Notes under the pieces: generated by a model
What the model was told of the DNA's origin: nothing
The model's input: only the letters and a program-made list of their open reading frames with translations
The model's database searches: none
Part shown: positions 1 to 12,170 of the stretch, piece after piece
How the letters are laid out: each line of letters opens with the position of its first letter
Position numbering within the stretch: position 1 is the first letter of the stretch
Position numbers and translations under genes: made by a program
Source of the DNA: Marsupella aquatica
Taxonomy: Eukaryota > Plantae > Marchantiophyta
NCBI GenBank assembly: GCA_973895155.1
Contig: OZ316892.1
Location: 7,299,251 to 7,363,250, forward strand
Direction of reading: 5' to 3'
DNA length: 64,000 bases

Positions 1-2096
1 AATTCCCACCAATGTCAGGAATTTTTTTCCAAGACAATTGTTTCACACAAAACAATCGGTGCAATGGCGGAAAGTTTTTCTGAGACATGAATTGCTTTTT
101 CTGTACAGCCTTTTTGCTACAGTTGGCTCTTTTCTTTAAGAGTTTTTCTGCTCTTAAAAGACACAAAGCACTTAAACTGTCAGGGAATTGAACCCTGAGT
201 TGTCCAGTGAGCACTGGGCAACCTTCCAAGCAGTCTCGACTCTGAACCTGGCAAGGAGGCAGATTGATCCAGTCAACCCAGGAAACAAAGAAATGGGGAT
301 GCCCTAAAAACGTTTCTCCTATTCATCGCAACCTTAGTGGAGGAGCATTAAGAAATAGAATCAACAAGCTAACACTGCAGATCAGGAGATTGCAAGAAAC
401 CAATTAAAGATTTGATGAAGATCCTCAAGCTAAAAACTCAAGCTAAAAACTGACGCAATGCCCAGAAAGCTATCCCAAGAGAAGCTCAAAATAGTCTGTC
501 ATCCTAAGGTGAATTTGCCTATCAACTACCGAAATATTCTCACAAAGCAGGCTTGGCACCAATCTGAAAACAATATCCAACCTGCCATCAACCACATCAC
601 TAATCATTTCCGTTCTGCAAATCGCAGAATAGGACACAATGTCTCGTCATGGTTTAACCAAACAGCCAAGAATCCAAGATGAGCACATAAAAACGATCAC
701 CAGCCATAGAACTGATTGGCACAGCCAAGGCTACCAACATTCAAACATCCACTGGAGCGACAATTGATCGATCAAGATTGGCCACTACGTATACAACACA
801 GCCAAGTGGTATCGAGCAGCATCCAGCATCTAGCAATAGTGAGTATGACCATCCAGCAAGCAGCAACGACAAGCACTGGCATCCAACGGGCGAATCCCTG
901 AACTGCTTCCAAGCAGAGTTCAACGAGAGCAGAGAATCCTAGCACTAATTAAAGTAGGCAGCCAGAATATTGCCCCTTCACAATGAAAAAAAACAGAATA
1001 GAGAATTTGAGAGAAGCAATTTCGAGTAATACCTTCCTTCAACATCAAAGATAGCAGCTAGCCATCAGCTGGAGCACACAACCGAGGCCACAAAACAAGC
1101 AAAAAGTAATTCCCAATAGAGCCAAAACGACCAAAGCACACAGTCAAATCAGGGCCAAGCACAAAACGAGTCTAACAGAGCACATGAGGCTGAACCCCGG
1201 GCTGAACTCAGCATGGAGAAGCAAAAATCCAAGCAGTGAAACCTGAGCACCGAGCGCAGAGGTCCGAGTAGCACAGAGGTCCAACGAGAGCGCAGTTACC
1301 CTAAACAAGAGCATCGCAGGTAGAGCAACGAGAGGCCAAAAACCTTCAAAAACTGAGCCTCAGAAACGAGCCTCAGAAAATGGGCACAAAGCAAGTGCAA
1401 ACCAAAGCCAATCTGCAACAGAAACCAAGCACCAGCGAGCCAAGGCCGGGCACCAAAAGCGAGGACGAGTAGCAGCAGAAATGGAGCCCTACAGCGAGCT
1501 CCCCACGGAAGTACAGTTCCATTTCAAAAACTCTCCAGCCTCCTCTCAATTGAGCTCTCTCTCGATCTCCAGCCTCTCGCACCGCCTGAACTTACATACA
1601 ATCATACTCATTTTTGGACGAGAGACGGAGAGATTGATTGTTTAGGGTTTAGGGTCAGAAGCCTAACCCTATAAGCCGCCTCCCACACATTACACACACA
1701 TGCAAAGACAAAACACAAAATGCCCTGCCCAAAGTCTGTCATCCCACATACAAAAACACATTCATTATATCCACTCGCTACAAGACAAATTAACTATTAA
1801 TGTTCCAGGATGAGCGGCTATAATTAGAGCACGTTCATTTGGCAAATTCTCACTAGATTCCACCCCTCCAAAATAGTCTTCACCCCTTTTGTCAATAATT
1901 CACTAGTTTTTCTATGTCCTATTCCCCAGTTTCCCATCTAGTCACCAGTTTCTCCATTAGCCAGAATCCAATGGCCATCCTTAAACCTAGGGAGATTAAG
2001 GGTCCTAAAATTATTTGTGAATTTCAATAAAGAATATTTCCTAACACCTCACATTCGCCACTGTGGCTAATAACAAAAAAATCTTTAAGATTACAA

Positions 2097-2257
2097 TGGT
2101 TTACAGGTCACCTACACTGATTTACAGATCATATACACTGTTTTACAGGTCGTATACACTGGTTTACAGGTCATCTACACTGGTTTACAGGTCATCTACA
2201 CTGGTTTACAGGTTATCTACACTGGTTTACAGGTCATCTACACTGGCTTACAGGTCA
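2097..2257. repeat. 21-bp minisatellite (GGTTTACAGGTCATCTACACT)n, ~7-8 copies
   Basis: Tandem units are directly visible; they explain the repetitive ORF 2063..2260 (YRSSTLV)n. Confidence 0.9.
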
Positions 2258-2339
2258 TGACACCTAAACCGCTCGAGAGGTCTCTAAGGTACACCCCTCC
2301 AGAGCACGAGCCGGATGATTATGGGCATCTAAGCTTGGC

Positions 2340-2460
2340 ATCTTCGTAAGCTTCTCATAATCTCGTGCCAGATTTGCAACTACACAACCCTGGCTAGTGA
2401 ATTTCCGAGCTATCGCCAGTCCTAGACCTGGCCTGACTCCTACCACAGCCGCAACTTTGC
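2340..2460 (-). pseudogene. Short-chain dehydrogenase/reductase N-terminal fragment
   Basis: AAVVGVRPGLGLAIARKFTSQGCVVANLARDYEKL resembles the SDR Rossmann beta1-alpha1 (VGVGPGLGxxIARKF), with one Gly replaced by Arg. No catalytic YxxxK part follows. Confidence 0.55.
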
Positions 2461-2857
2461 TCGACGTAGTGAATTGCCTCCTACTACCCCCTTCCGCCTT
2501 ATTTTGTCTGAAATCATCGACTGTCGAATACGATATCTTGCCCCTCTCCACCAGCACTAGCCTTCTGTCTACCGTCTCCCACCCTCCCTCCTTCCCCCTG
2601 GCCAGGCTTCTCTTACTAAGTTGCTGACTGTGAAATCCTGTCCCGCTCGAAAGAACCCCCGACTTCCTCTACAAGACCTCAACGTCTCGTGCAAGAGTTC
2701 CTACAGTTCCTATTCCTCGATTCCATACCTATTGTGATTGAGTAGTGCGACAAAAACCTCCTCTTGCAAAAGAACGACAATACGTCAGCCTTTCATCCCC
2801 AAGAGTTGGGCCTCGAGGATCTAATTAAAGTATGATGTAGCGGTGCTGAATTAATGA

Positions 2858-5800
2858 TTTTTTTATTGGAGCTGCCACACTAAGCGACATCCAGGGGATG
2901 GTGGAAGTTTCTTTTTTGCCTTGAAACATCCAATTGAAATCCATTCAAAGAGACAAAGTACAACAGGGTGGCCCACAACAAGGGGGGACAACACCCAAAA
3001 GGGGACCTGAGGTCAAGTGCCAGGAACCAGGGGGGCCGGGACCAAGGAAGAGGCCGGGCCTCCAAGGAGAGGCAGCCAAACACGATGTTTAACTACTGTA
3101 GGGGGAGCTGCACACACCCAAGACTGGTAAGTGAAACGGCCCCGGCTGGGGGCCACTCAGTGAGTCCGAGACGAAAAAGAGACTCGTCAATCTAATCTAC
3201 AGGTCAAACCTCTACCTTGAATTATAGCAGAAACATTTCACGGGGGTCTAGGGGGCACTGGGGGGACCTGAAGGATGTCAGTGTGGACCTCCCAGAGGCC
3301 AGCATAGGCACCATAGTCAAAGGACATATCGAAAAAATGCTGCTATCAGATGCCTTCCCTGCTCTCAATTTCTGTCTAAGGCGAGCCCAGTCCCTACGCA
3401 TGTAAACAGTGAGCCTATGCCATGATTTCCTAATAACCACATGAGGATCAGAGCTGGTGTGCTCAATAAAGTGGGCGCTCCTGTCCTTCCAGATATTCCA
3501 GCAAACAAGTGCCCTGAGTATGTCCCAGAGCCTTTGGGGCACATCCCATTCATCAGGCAGTTGCACAGCTAGGAAGGCCTCATTCACAATTGGGTGTACC
3601 TCGCAGGAACCACTTTCAGGACTCAAAAACATGCTTTTTTAGTGAAAATTGACTTTTGTAACATGGAAAAAGGTTCATCATGATTTTATCTCAAGACATT
3701 TAAGTCTAATTTTTTCACAAAACTATTTTACATGGTGTAACCTACCTCACCATGTAGATACATCAAGTTTTCAACTATTTTAAGGGATCTTGTTATTGAT
3801 GGCCCTAAATAAGCCAAAATTACTAATTATTTTTGTCCTGTACATAAAGGTTTAGTGTGTGTCACTATTTAAGTTTTGAAATATAAGATTATGCTATTAA
3901 TATGCATGTTTTGGTAAAATTTCATTATCTAAAATGTATTTTTTAGAGTCCTTTTGAATCCTGAAATGATGTGACCCGTTGCGTGACAAGTCCTTTTATC
4001 AATCTTTGAAGTACATATAAGGAAAGCTTCAAAGTCTCAAATGCTAGATAGTTTAATGAATGTTACCAACCTATAGGATGTTTATTAAGTATAGTACATC
4101 AAATTTTCTATATTATCTCATTACACCCTAAAAATGATATCCTAAAGCATAATAAACTATGGTCACTTTTGAGTGTGACGTTCCTTTTGGGTCCTCCAAT
4201 TGTGAATGAGGCCGGAAAGCGTGGGCAGGTTGCAGGCCGGTGTGGGATTGATCGGGTAATTGTAACGTGCAAGCAAACAGTAAAATTTTTCCTCGCACGA
4301 GCAAAAACAATTCCTGCATGACCCCTATTTTTCTACATGCAACTATCTCGCTATCAACTACTTGGTTGGTAACATCCCTTTTGGGGACTCCCTTTTTGCT
4401 AGCTAGCTCGCTAGCCATCTGTAGCCTTTAAAAAAACACAAAAAATGTAAAAGGCACCAAAAAGTAACTGAAATTTGGAACCATTATTGTCTCGCGATCA
4501 AAATCTCCTCGCTATCAAAATCTCCTCGCTATCAAAATCTCCTGTTTGCTTGCAACATAGAATACCTCGGATTGACCAGTGATTGAAGCAATCCTCAAAA
4601 TGTGCTGCACCCAATGCCAGATCCTACGGGAGACCGGGCAACTCCAGATACAATGGACAATATCTTCTTGCAGGTCCAGGTTACATCGCATGCACCACGT
4701 GGATGGATCAGAAGCAGGGAAGGCAGGGAATCGCCAATGCTGAGTGGCAGGGATACGGTATATCAATTCCCATAAGAAACAATTTTCAGAGGCGGCACGG
4801 AATGGTAGCCAGGTCCCATGCCACAAAGCACGGGGGTCGGGTTGCCAGTTAAGACGCACAGACCATTTGTGCAACGCCTTATGTAAGATCCTCTTCTCCT
4901 GTCCCTGCATCTCCCGAAGGTGTGCTATGTTGGTGTCGAAGAAGGGTCGCCCATCCTTCCAACAATATAGGGCTGCAGCCTCCAGGTCCCCACAGGGCCG
5001 GCAAATTCTCTTTCTAGCCGATGCCTTAGATGAAGAGCGGATCAACACCCGATGGAGTGGAATGGAGAGTGGGGGTTGCGTGTTATCAGCTGGCAATAGG
5101 AATCCATGATTGTAGACACTATAGGTGCGACGGGCCGTGTAGTTAGCAAAGAAGGCCCCTCCACTGGGGTGTGTAGTGATTCTTCTGGATCTTGAACTCC
5201 CACACAAAATGCTCCAGGTGAGGAAGAATGCCTTCCATGTAAATTCGTGATCTTACTGCGACGATCAGAATCCAACAGAGGGGCACGACGAAGGTTGTTG
5301 ATCATCTTGTGGTAGGCAGAATTGCAGTTCCGTGGGAGCAAGTGACAAGGACCATCTTCCCACTGCAAAAAAAGACCCTGCACCGACATCACATCCCCCA
5401 TCACCCTGAAGCCTGTTGCACGAATCTTCCGCTGTGGGTTGCTCAGGCATTTGGCTTGAGCAGCACATATATGATTAAGATTCGGTTGCCAAAGGGGGCG
5501 TGCCATCCAGCCCTCCAAGTGTGCAGGTGCAATCGGTCTCAAGTGCCTCTTGATCACGTTCCAGCCGGTGCACACATTCAGCCAAACAACAGAAGCCTTT
5601 GTCAGGGTAGTGTAGCATTGGTTAAACACCCATGCATAGTCATCTGAGCCCCATTTTTTCAAGGAGAGCTGGCGAAGGTAGTGATGCAGATTGCTCCGTA
5701 AGGGATGGGCCTGCTCAGCCATGGCCCAGACAATGAAGCTGCCTGCAAGTGCACTGAATTGAGCCGCAATGGAGATGAGTCCCAGCCCTCCAAATTTCTT

Positions 5801-6000
5801 CGGTCGTGTAATGGTGGCAAAATCCACCCTAGAGCGAGCCGTCTCATTCTGACCGTCCCACACAAACTGCGTAACCTTACCTTCTTCTGGATGGCATCCA
5901 AGGTGGCCAACTTCCCCGCCCAAACGGTTAACATGTACCATAGGCTACTGAGGACCAAATGATTAGCAATAGTGCCCTTGTGCATCCTAGGTGGAAGTTT
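2858..6000 (-). mobile_element. 5'-truncated, frameshifted LINE (L1-type) ORF2 3' portion, interrupted by an insertion
   Basis: ORFs 5659-6354, 5042-5941, 4515-5207 and 3222-3632 carry ANHLVLSSLWY, FVW..PKKFGGLGL, a zf-RVT motif (CMRC..EDIVHCIWSC) and WNIWKDR. An AATAAA/A-run sits at ~2858-2867 on the minus strand. Confidence 0.85.
3634..4560. mobile_element. AT-rich ~0.9 kb insertion splitting the LINE
   Basis: LINE coding similarity stops at ~4560 and resumes at ~3632. Composition shifts sharply to AT-rich and there is a 17-bp tandem repeat at ~4498-4545. Termini are not resolved. Confidence 0.55.
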
Positions 6001-6614
6001 CGCCTGAAGTACCGCGTGGCTTTTCTTTTGCAGTAAGCAGTCAGGTTTCGCTGCATGGCTTTTCTCGGAAGCCCACCTCGAAACTCCAGACGCTGGGTAT
6101 GCACGGTGCCAAGTTCTGTCCAGATACATCGGAACCTCATGAATCACGTTCGTTTCTGCGGTATCGGCATGTCCAGATGGATCCGAGCAGTTACAGTAAA
6201 CCATCGAAATTGAACTCCTCCGGTTCCCAGACGTGCAGCTTCCATTGTGACTGACCCTGGCACTGACACTATAAAGCTCTCCATTCCATTGCTCACTTTC
6301 CATATGTGCTCCGTGATCGGACTGAACACAGAACGGGAACACTTGTAGGAACAAATTGGCTACTTTCTCTCCGTTTCTCGCTCAGTCGAATTTAGTCTTT
6401 TGATACTTTTCATCGTCTTGTCAATCAGACAGTACTCAGTTCCGCTGATAGGAGGAAGTACTTTTCGTGGTCTTGCCAATCGGACAGTGCTCAGTTCCCC
6501 CTGATAGAAGGAGGTCGCATTGAGAGCACGATATTTATCCTGTTCCCAATTCATACCCAGCCGTTGGTACTCCACTCCTCACACAGCAGAGGTCTTATCT
6601 TATCGATCAACATT

Positions 6615-7562
6615 ATGGCAGCGGTGGCATCTCAGAACGTTACACCAGCGCACAATCTGTCAAAATCCGCCCGGGCTGAAGCTCAAGGCAGAAGAATTGA
6701 CACTGCCGATTCGTTGCTGACCATCGCCCGCGGAGATGTCACCGCCAGCTTGAACTTCTACAAGGCACCAGAAGACGGGTCCGTTCCGTTCAATTACGTC
6801 GAGACACCTCCAGAGGGTCAGCTTCAGAGAAATTTCGGCGACTTCATAACCTCGGTGACCATTCATGACATCCGGGGCCACGAAGATGAGTACACTCTGG
6901 ACCACGACGCCTTCAAAGTGATCCTCAACGTGCCTGATTCTGCGGAAAAGGATTTCGCGTCCAACGAATCTATTGAGCAGAACTACTACCCCGAGGTGGA
7001 GAAACTGCTCCTTGAAAACATCCCCGGCAGCCACAGAGTGGTCATCTTCGACCACACCATCCGCCGCCCTGTCAAAGACAGTGCTGGGCTTCGCGGTCCT
7101 GTGATGAAAACGCACATCGACCAAACTGCCAACGCTGCGAGAGAGCGCGTCAAGCGCCACCTCGGCGCAGAAGCTGAGACCCTCTTGCAAGGGCGATACC
7201 GCATCATCAATGTCTGGCGGCCTGTCAATGGGCCGGTGGTGTCCTCTCCTCTTGCGTTCGCCTCATCGGCGTCTGTGGAAAATACGGACATCATTGGCAT
7301 CGAGCACAGGTATCCAGATCGCACTGGCGAGACGGCTGGTGTGAGGTACAATCCCGGCCAAAAGTGGCATTATTTGAGCGGGATCCAAAATCATGAGAGG
7401 TTGCTGCTGGAGTGCTTTGACAGTGAGGCGCTGAAGGAGGAATCATCTCAGGTTGTGCGTGGGGGAAGGGTGCCGCATTCTGCGTTCACGGATCCCAGGA
7501 CACCGGTGGATGCGCCCGGCAGGGAAAGCATTGAGGTTAGAGCTTTGGTCTTCGGCGCATAG
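6615..7562 (+). CDS. CmcJ/NvfI/AsaB-family Fe(II)/2-oxoglutarate oxygenase (7-alpha-cephem-methoxylase P8-like), fungal type
   Basis: Intact ORF from ATG 6615. Family motifs: IHDIRG..TLD, YYPEVEKLL, FDHTIRR, HIDQT (HxD), RYRIINVWRP, PLAF, WHYLS, PHSAF (distal His), RESIEVRALVF. Confidence 0.9.
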   Translation: MAAVASQNVTPAHNLSKSARAEAQGRRIDTADSLLTIARGDVTASLNFYKAPEDGSVPFNYVETPPEGQLQRNFGDFITSVTIHDIRGHEDEYTLDHDAFKVILNVPDSAEKDFASNESIEQNYYPEVEKLLLENIPGSHRVVIFDHTIRRPVKDSAGLRGPVMKTHIDQTANAARERVKRHLGAEAETLLQGRYRIINVWRPVNGPVVSSPLAFASSASVENTDIIGIEHRYPDRTGETAGVRYNPGQKWHYLSGIQNHERLLLECFDSEALKEESSQVVRGGRVPHSAFTDPRTPVDAPGRESIEVRALVFGA

Positions 7563-10162
7563 AGGATCCTGGACGGGGATAATTATGAATTCTGGACTTC
7601 CATCTGGTCGACTTTTCTTTGGTGTGGTAGACCTGAATTAGAGGCATTTTGGCCAAACCAAATGCAAGACAGTTGGGGACAGTGGGATGATATATTCATC
7701 GACTGTAGCTCCGTTACGATGCAACATGCGCGGCTTCCGGAATTTTTCTTATCTGTCAAACGAGTAGAATTTGGAAGTAACGAATACAATTATGTCCAGA
7801 TGACATTGGAGCTTTGTCCCTGCAAGCTTCATTGAAACTGATCGACATTCTTACTAGTATTTCATCTAACTATGTTATATCGGTCCGCCAATATTGAGCG
7901 GCCTCAATTACCTTCGCCAGAAGTGATATATCAATTGATTTCTCACTTTGCAAATGCAATCCTGGCACACGTAGAAGATCGATATCGTCCAGATTTAACG
8001 GTCCGAGTTTGCTTTGTGAACCGTGCGACAGCAATAATTTCATAGGGATCCCTTTGTGGTGTCTGGCCCGTTATGCATTTTGACAGATGCTGGGAAGTTT
8101 TTAATATTGAATCTGTAAATCTACTTGCTGATTGTCGACTACTGTCCTGGGACATTGTAACAATCCATGGCGATCTGTGCACAGATTTATTGAATTCCCT
8201 CGGCTGGTTGGACAATTGCTTTGCAAATAGCCTAAGCGGATTTATGGGAGACAATCTTGGTACTTATTTGCGTGATTACTGATTTTATACATTAGAGAAC
8301 CAAAGACTGTTAGACTCGGCAATGAATGAGTAACCGTTGTGCTGTTCCAGATTGTTAATAATTTCTGCTGCTGTTGAGGGTTTTGCAACTTACCGTGCAA
8401 GTGTTACAGACGCAGCGCGGGTATTGTAGTTAGAATCGATGCATTCCCCGCCAACGCATACACCCGTTCATCCACCCAAAACTGCAAGATGTTGCTTACA
8501 TTTTAATGTGATTTCCATTGAAACATCCAATGCCACCTGGTGCCATAGTTCGATTCTAAACACCTCGATGAGAAAGTACAGGAGTCGTGGACCTGGAATC
8601 GGCAGACGGAAACACGACCTCGGAAACCAACGATAAATTCAGGTGTATTGGAGTGACAATTGGAGAAAGGCTCCGTTATGGTGGTTAAGAACCTGATTTT
8701 AAGGAGTACTGTTTTTATGCTCCTCTGCAGGCTGACGAAACTGGACAGCAGGCCGGAGTCGATTCTCTACCTAAAACGCTGGATGTTCTAGATTGGAACA
8801 GGTACACTTCTTGTGGACCTAGATTGCTGTGAACCCCAACTCACAATTGTAGTAGGATCAGTCAAAGAAAATGAACCCATTACTAAGTAACGCCTAGCTG
8901 AGTTAGAAATATTCAATCCGACAGTGATTTTTTCATTCTTACGTACTGAGCTTAAACTACCCTCGCTATTCTTTAGTAAGTGAATCCCGGAGTGATGAAA
9001 ACCAAGCAAACAAGAGAAGATTAATAGACATTAGGAACCATAAGAAGGACTCTGACAAGTTTTATGACATGAAACTGATAGGGTGGCATCCATTAGAACG
9101 TTCATCTAATTCATGTAGTGCGACGAGCGATGGCATCCATAAGAACATTCATATAATTCATGTCAGTACTGTCAAAAGCCAATGCACAATCTCCATTTCT
9201 GGGTATGCATATCCAACTTCATTAATACAACGACCACGTACACATTAGTCTTATTCCTACACAGTTACGGTTCAAGGTTCAGATTAACCATAGACCCCAA
9301 ACCCGTTGCACCGCACTAAATCATCATACATTGCGTAATTATCTGGTCGTCTCAAGGGACACTGGATATAAGACAGCTACTATTCCTCTCTCTACAGTCG
9401 ATGTTAAAGTTTTATCAAGCCTGAATTTATTTGCTTTAACCGTTCAGCTCCGTGCTCTCAGAAAAGGAAATGGGAAGTGGAAAATTCAGGTCCTGCAGCT
9501 CAAGACCCAACTGAAGTCGGGTCACGATTCTCAAAAAACAAAATCTCGATCAGGTCCACACCGTGCAATCCTGCGTTCAGAAGTTCAAGCAAAGCACAGG
9601 TCCATCCCAAGTAAGACATTGCTGTTTTGCATAACAATACCCGCTGATATCAGTAAAACACCATAACACATGTCTTTCAACAGAAAGCAGTTCTGTTAGC
9701 GAGGATACCTTGTGCTGGGATACCTCGATCCGGGAAACTCCTATTACAATCCGATTCAAACCTTCTTGATTGATACTCTGCGAAAAAGTTCAGAAGAGGA
9801 CATTCAGTCGAATTACAGCACCAAAATGAAGTGTCCATGCGGTGAACGAGTTTCGGGGGACTTGGCCTGCTTTTCACCAAACACCCTCTCATAGAGACCG
9901 AAAGATGACAGAAGGTGAGTATGCAACAGCAACGTCCTCCATCATCATCACAACACGTCAAAATGTGTTGCTCCAAGAATGTAGAAGAGTTGTCCTGATT
10001 CAAGTCCTGTGCAGTGTAACGTCCACACAGGACAGTTGTAAAATGCTACTTGAGGCTAACCAGTAGGGAAACTATTCACGATGAATCAAGAAGCAACGCT
10101 CACCAAAATACAAACGCAAGGTGTGACTATTCCCACACCAACATTTGGGCATGTCCGCTCGC

Positions 10163-11302
10163 TCAAAGCTGAATCGGATAGAGGAGCCGTCCCTTCACAG
10201 AACCCACGAACTCTCCAACGGGAGTACAAAACTCCACTTTTCGCCACAGCAGCTCTTTGTTTTGGCTACCAAATCCTGTGCTTAGAACCATACACGATTC
10301 TACTGGTCCGTGTTCCATTCCTTTTTCCATACTCTTAAATTCCAGGCATGCTAAGATCTCATGGTCAACAGCAACAACATTCACCACATATGTTGTCAAA
10401 AAGTTAAAGGGTGAAAATGTAGCTAAGGCAAACGAATGGAGGTCCGCCCATGTTTTCCCTTGAGCATCATATACTTTGATCCAATCTGGAGTAATTGAAT
10501 GTAGTTTTCCTTGTGCCATAACCAGATGGTCGTGCCGCCCAAAAGATTTCTCTACTCTCCACTCGTCCTTCATTGGATGGTACAATTCCAAAGAATCTGC
10601 GATTTCAACTCCGAACGACCTCCTCTCGTAAGAAGTTGGAACTAAATGCCATTTGCTGTACGCAAATAGTTCATCTCCCATCGCTGCAACTTGAACATAA
10701 CTTCGGAAAGGAAAATGTCGCTGAATTGAAGACCAAGTATTTTCCTTGGGATCATACACGTCTGGTCCAGACCAAAACAAATCCTCGCCATTTCTGCCAA
10801 ATACATATATCTTTCCACCGAGGACAACACATTCAAATTCCTCTTTGGGATTTTGCAGACTTGCACATTGCTTCCACAGTTGCTGCCCAATCACATCTAA
10901 CACAAATACCTGGCGACCGCCTTTCACAAAGACGTATATTTTACAATCCACTGATACAAATTGGCTGATAGTTTGCAGATTTTCTCCGCCTGCGATTCGA
11001 GGAAGTGGACGAACAGAATTGTCTCTCAAGGAACAGAGAGCAATCCAAGATCCCCAATTAGCAAGAATTAGGGTCTCTGTTGAGTGAGAGCCAACTCTTA
11101 CATTGTAGACATGGTGACTTCGAACTAGGTGACACCAGCCATGGCTCACTGCCGATAAGACGGCAACGTCTCTCCACGGCAATTTCGTAGTCACATGGTT
11201 CAAAGTGATCTCGTTGGGGATCCCTGGAATAAGCTCCTGCATATGTGCCTCTGACTGGAGGTAAGCTTGAGCTGGGCTACCTGTGCCTGCAGTTCCTGTC
11301 AT
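10163..11302 (-). CDS. F-box/kelch-repeat protein
   Basis: N-terminal F-box (LIPGIPNEITLNHVTTKLPW..LSAVSHGW) followed by kelch repeats (CVVLGGKIYVFG, YDPKENTW, YHPMKDEW). Confidence 0.88.
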   Translation of the reverse strand: MTGTAGTGSPAQAYLQSEAHMQELIPGIPNEITLNHVTTKLPWRDVAVLSAVSHGWCHLVRSHHVYNVRVGSHSTETLILANWGSWIALCSLRDNSVRPLPRIAGGENLQTISQFVSVDCKIYVFVKGGRQVFVLDVIGQQLWKQCASLQNPKEEFECVVLGGKIYVFGRNGEDLFWSGPDVYDPKENTWSSIQRHFPFRSYVQVAAMGDELFAYSKWHLVPTSYERRSFGVEIADSLELYHPMKDEWRVEKSFGRHDHLVMAQGKLHSITPDWIKVYDAQGKTWADLHSFALATFSPFNFLTTYVVNVVAVDHEILACLEFKSMEKGMEHGPVESCMVLSTGFGSQNKELLWRKVEFCTPVGEFVGSVKGRLLYPIQL

Positions 11303-11654
11303 GTTCTTCCCTTCGTCCCTCGGCTACACCCTACAAAATAAGGTGTGTGCACCCAGAAGCTTGAATTGACAGTGCTCTGAAGCTTGGTCGAGATGATCTG
11401 CAGGAGAAGAACTTCAGGAACAAAGCTCTGCAGCGGAGACTGCTCTACCTCCATATGGTAAACGAGTAGTGCTCAGCGAGCCTCACACAATAGTATCGAC
11501 TCTTGCTGCTACACCTTCGCCAGAAGGTTGTTAACCATATGAGTAATCAGTTACTGATATCATTTGAGCTGAGCGTCCTCATCGTCAAGTCGAACGTATA
11601 CATCCCTTCGGTGGCTGAATCCCTTAGGCAACGCTCGCCAAAGTCCTTCGAACG

Positions 11655-12170
11655 GTAACTGCTTCAATACTCTAGATCTACAACTCAATAACCTTGCTGA
11701 GTCACTTCAGCAGCGTTGCTGAGTCACTTTGGGTCTTGGGTGATGCTCGCCGGGTCCTTCAAAAAATGATGGCTTCAATACTCTAAGTCCACAACTCGAC
11801 AACCTCCTGAATCACTTTCAATCCTATTTGTAATCACTAATATCTTTGACTGATACCATATATCTGTGAGGGGTACCTGATGTGGTTGCAACACTCCCTT
11901 CCCCAAAGTCATTCAAACAATACTTGCTTCAATATTCTAAATCTACAACTCAGCAACCTCAGTGAGTCACTTCAGTGAGGTCACTTTGGGTGACATTGGG
12001 CGACCCTTGTGAGTCCTTCAAAACATTGATGGCTTCAATACTCTAAGTCCACAACTTGGGGACTTCACTGAATCACTTCCAATCCTATTTGTAATCTTTG
12101 ATATATTTGATTGATCCCTGATATCTGTGAGGGGTACCTAATATGGTTCCCACACTACCTTCACCAAAAA
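11655..12170. repeat. Degenerate tandem duplication (~260-bp unit x2, with GCTTCAATACTCTA subunits)
   Basis: 11769-11908 closely matches 12028-12168. Confidence 0.75.

Noticed and set aside
175-240. tRNA or tRNA-SINE (GGTTCAATTCCC B-box-like, minus strand)
   Set aside because: No convincing A-box or cloverleaf could be built.
1640-1750. Telomerase RNA or snRNA gene (TTTAGGGTTTAGGG with TCCCACA motifs)
   Set aside because: The USE-like motifs are incomplete and in the wrong orientation for a template-bearing transcript; more simply a telo-box.
6660-7351. Antisense ORFs over the CmcJ-like gene (likewise over the germins and RTF2)
   Set aside because: Shadow frames caused by codon bias; no motifs.
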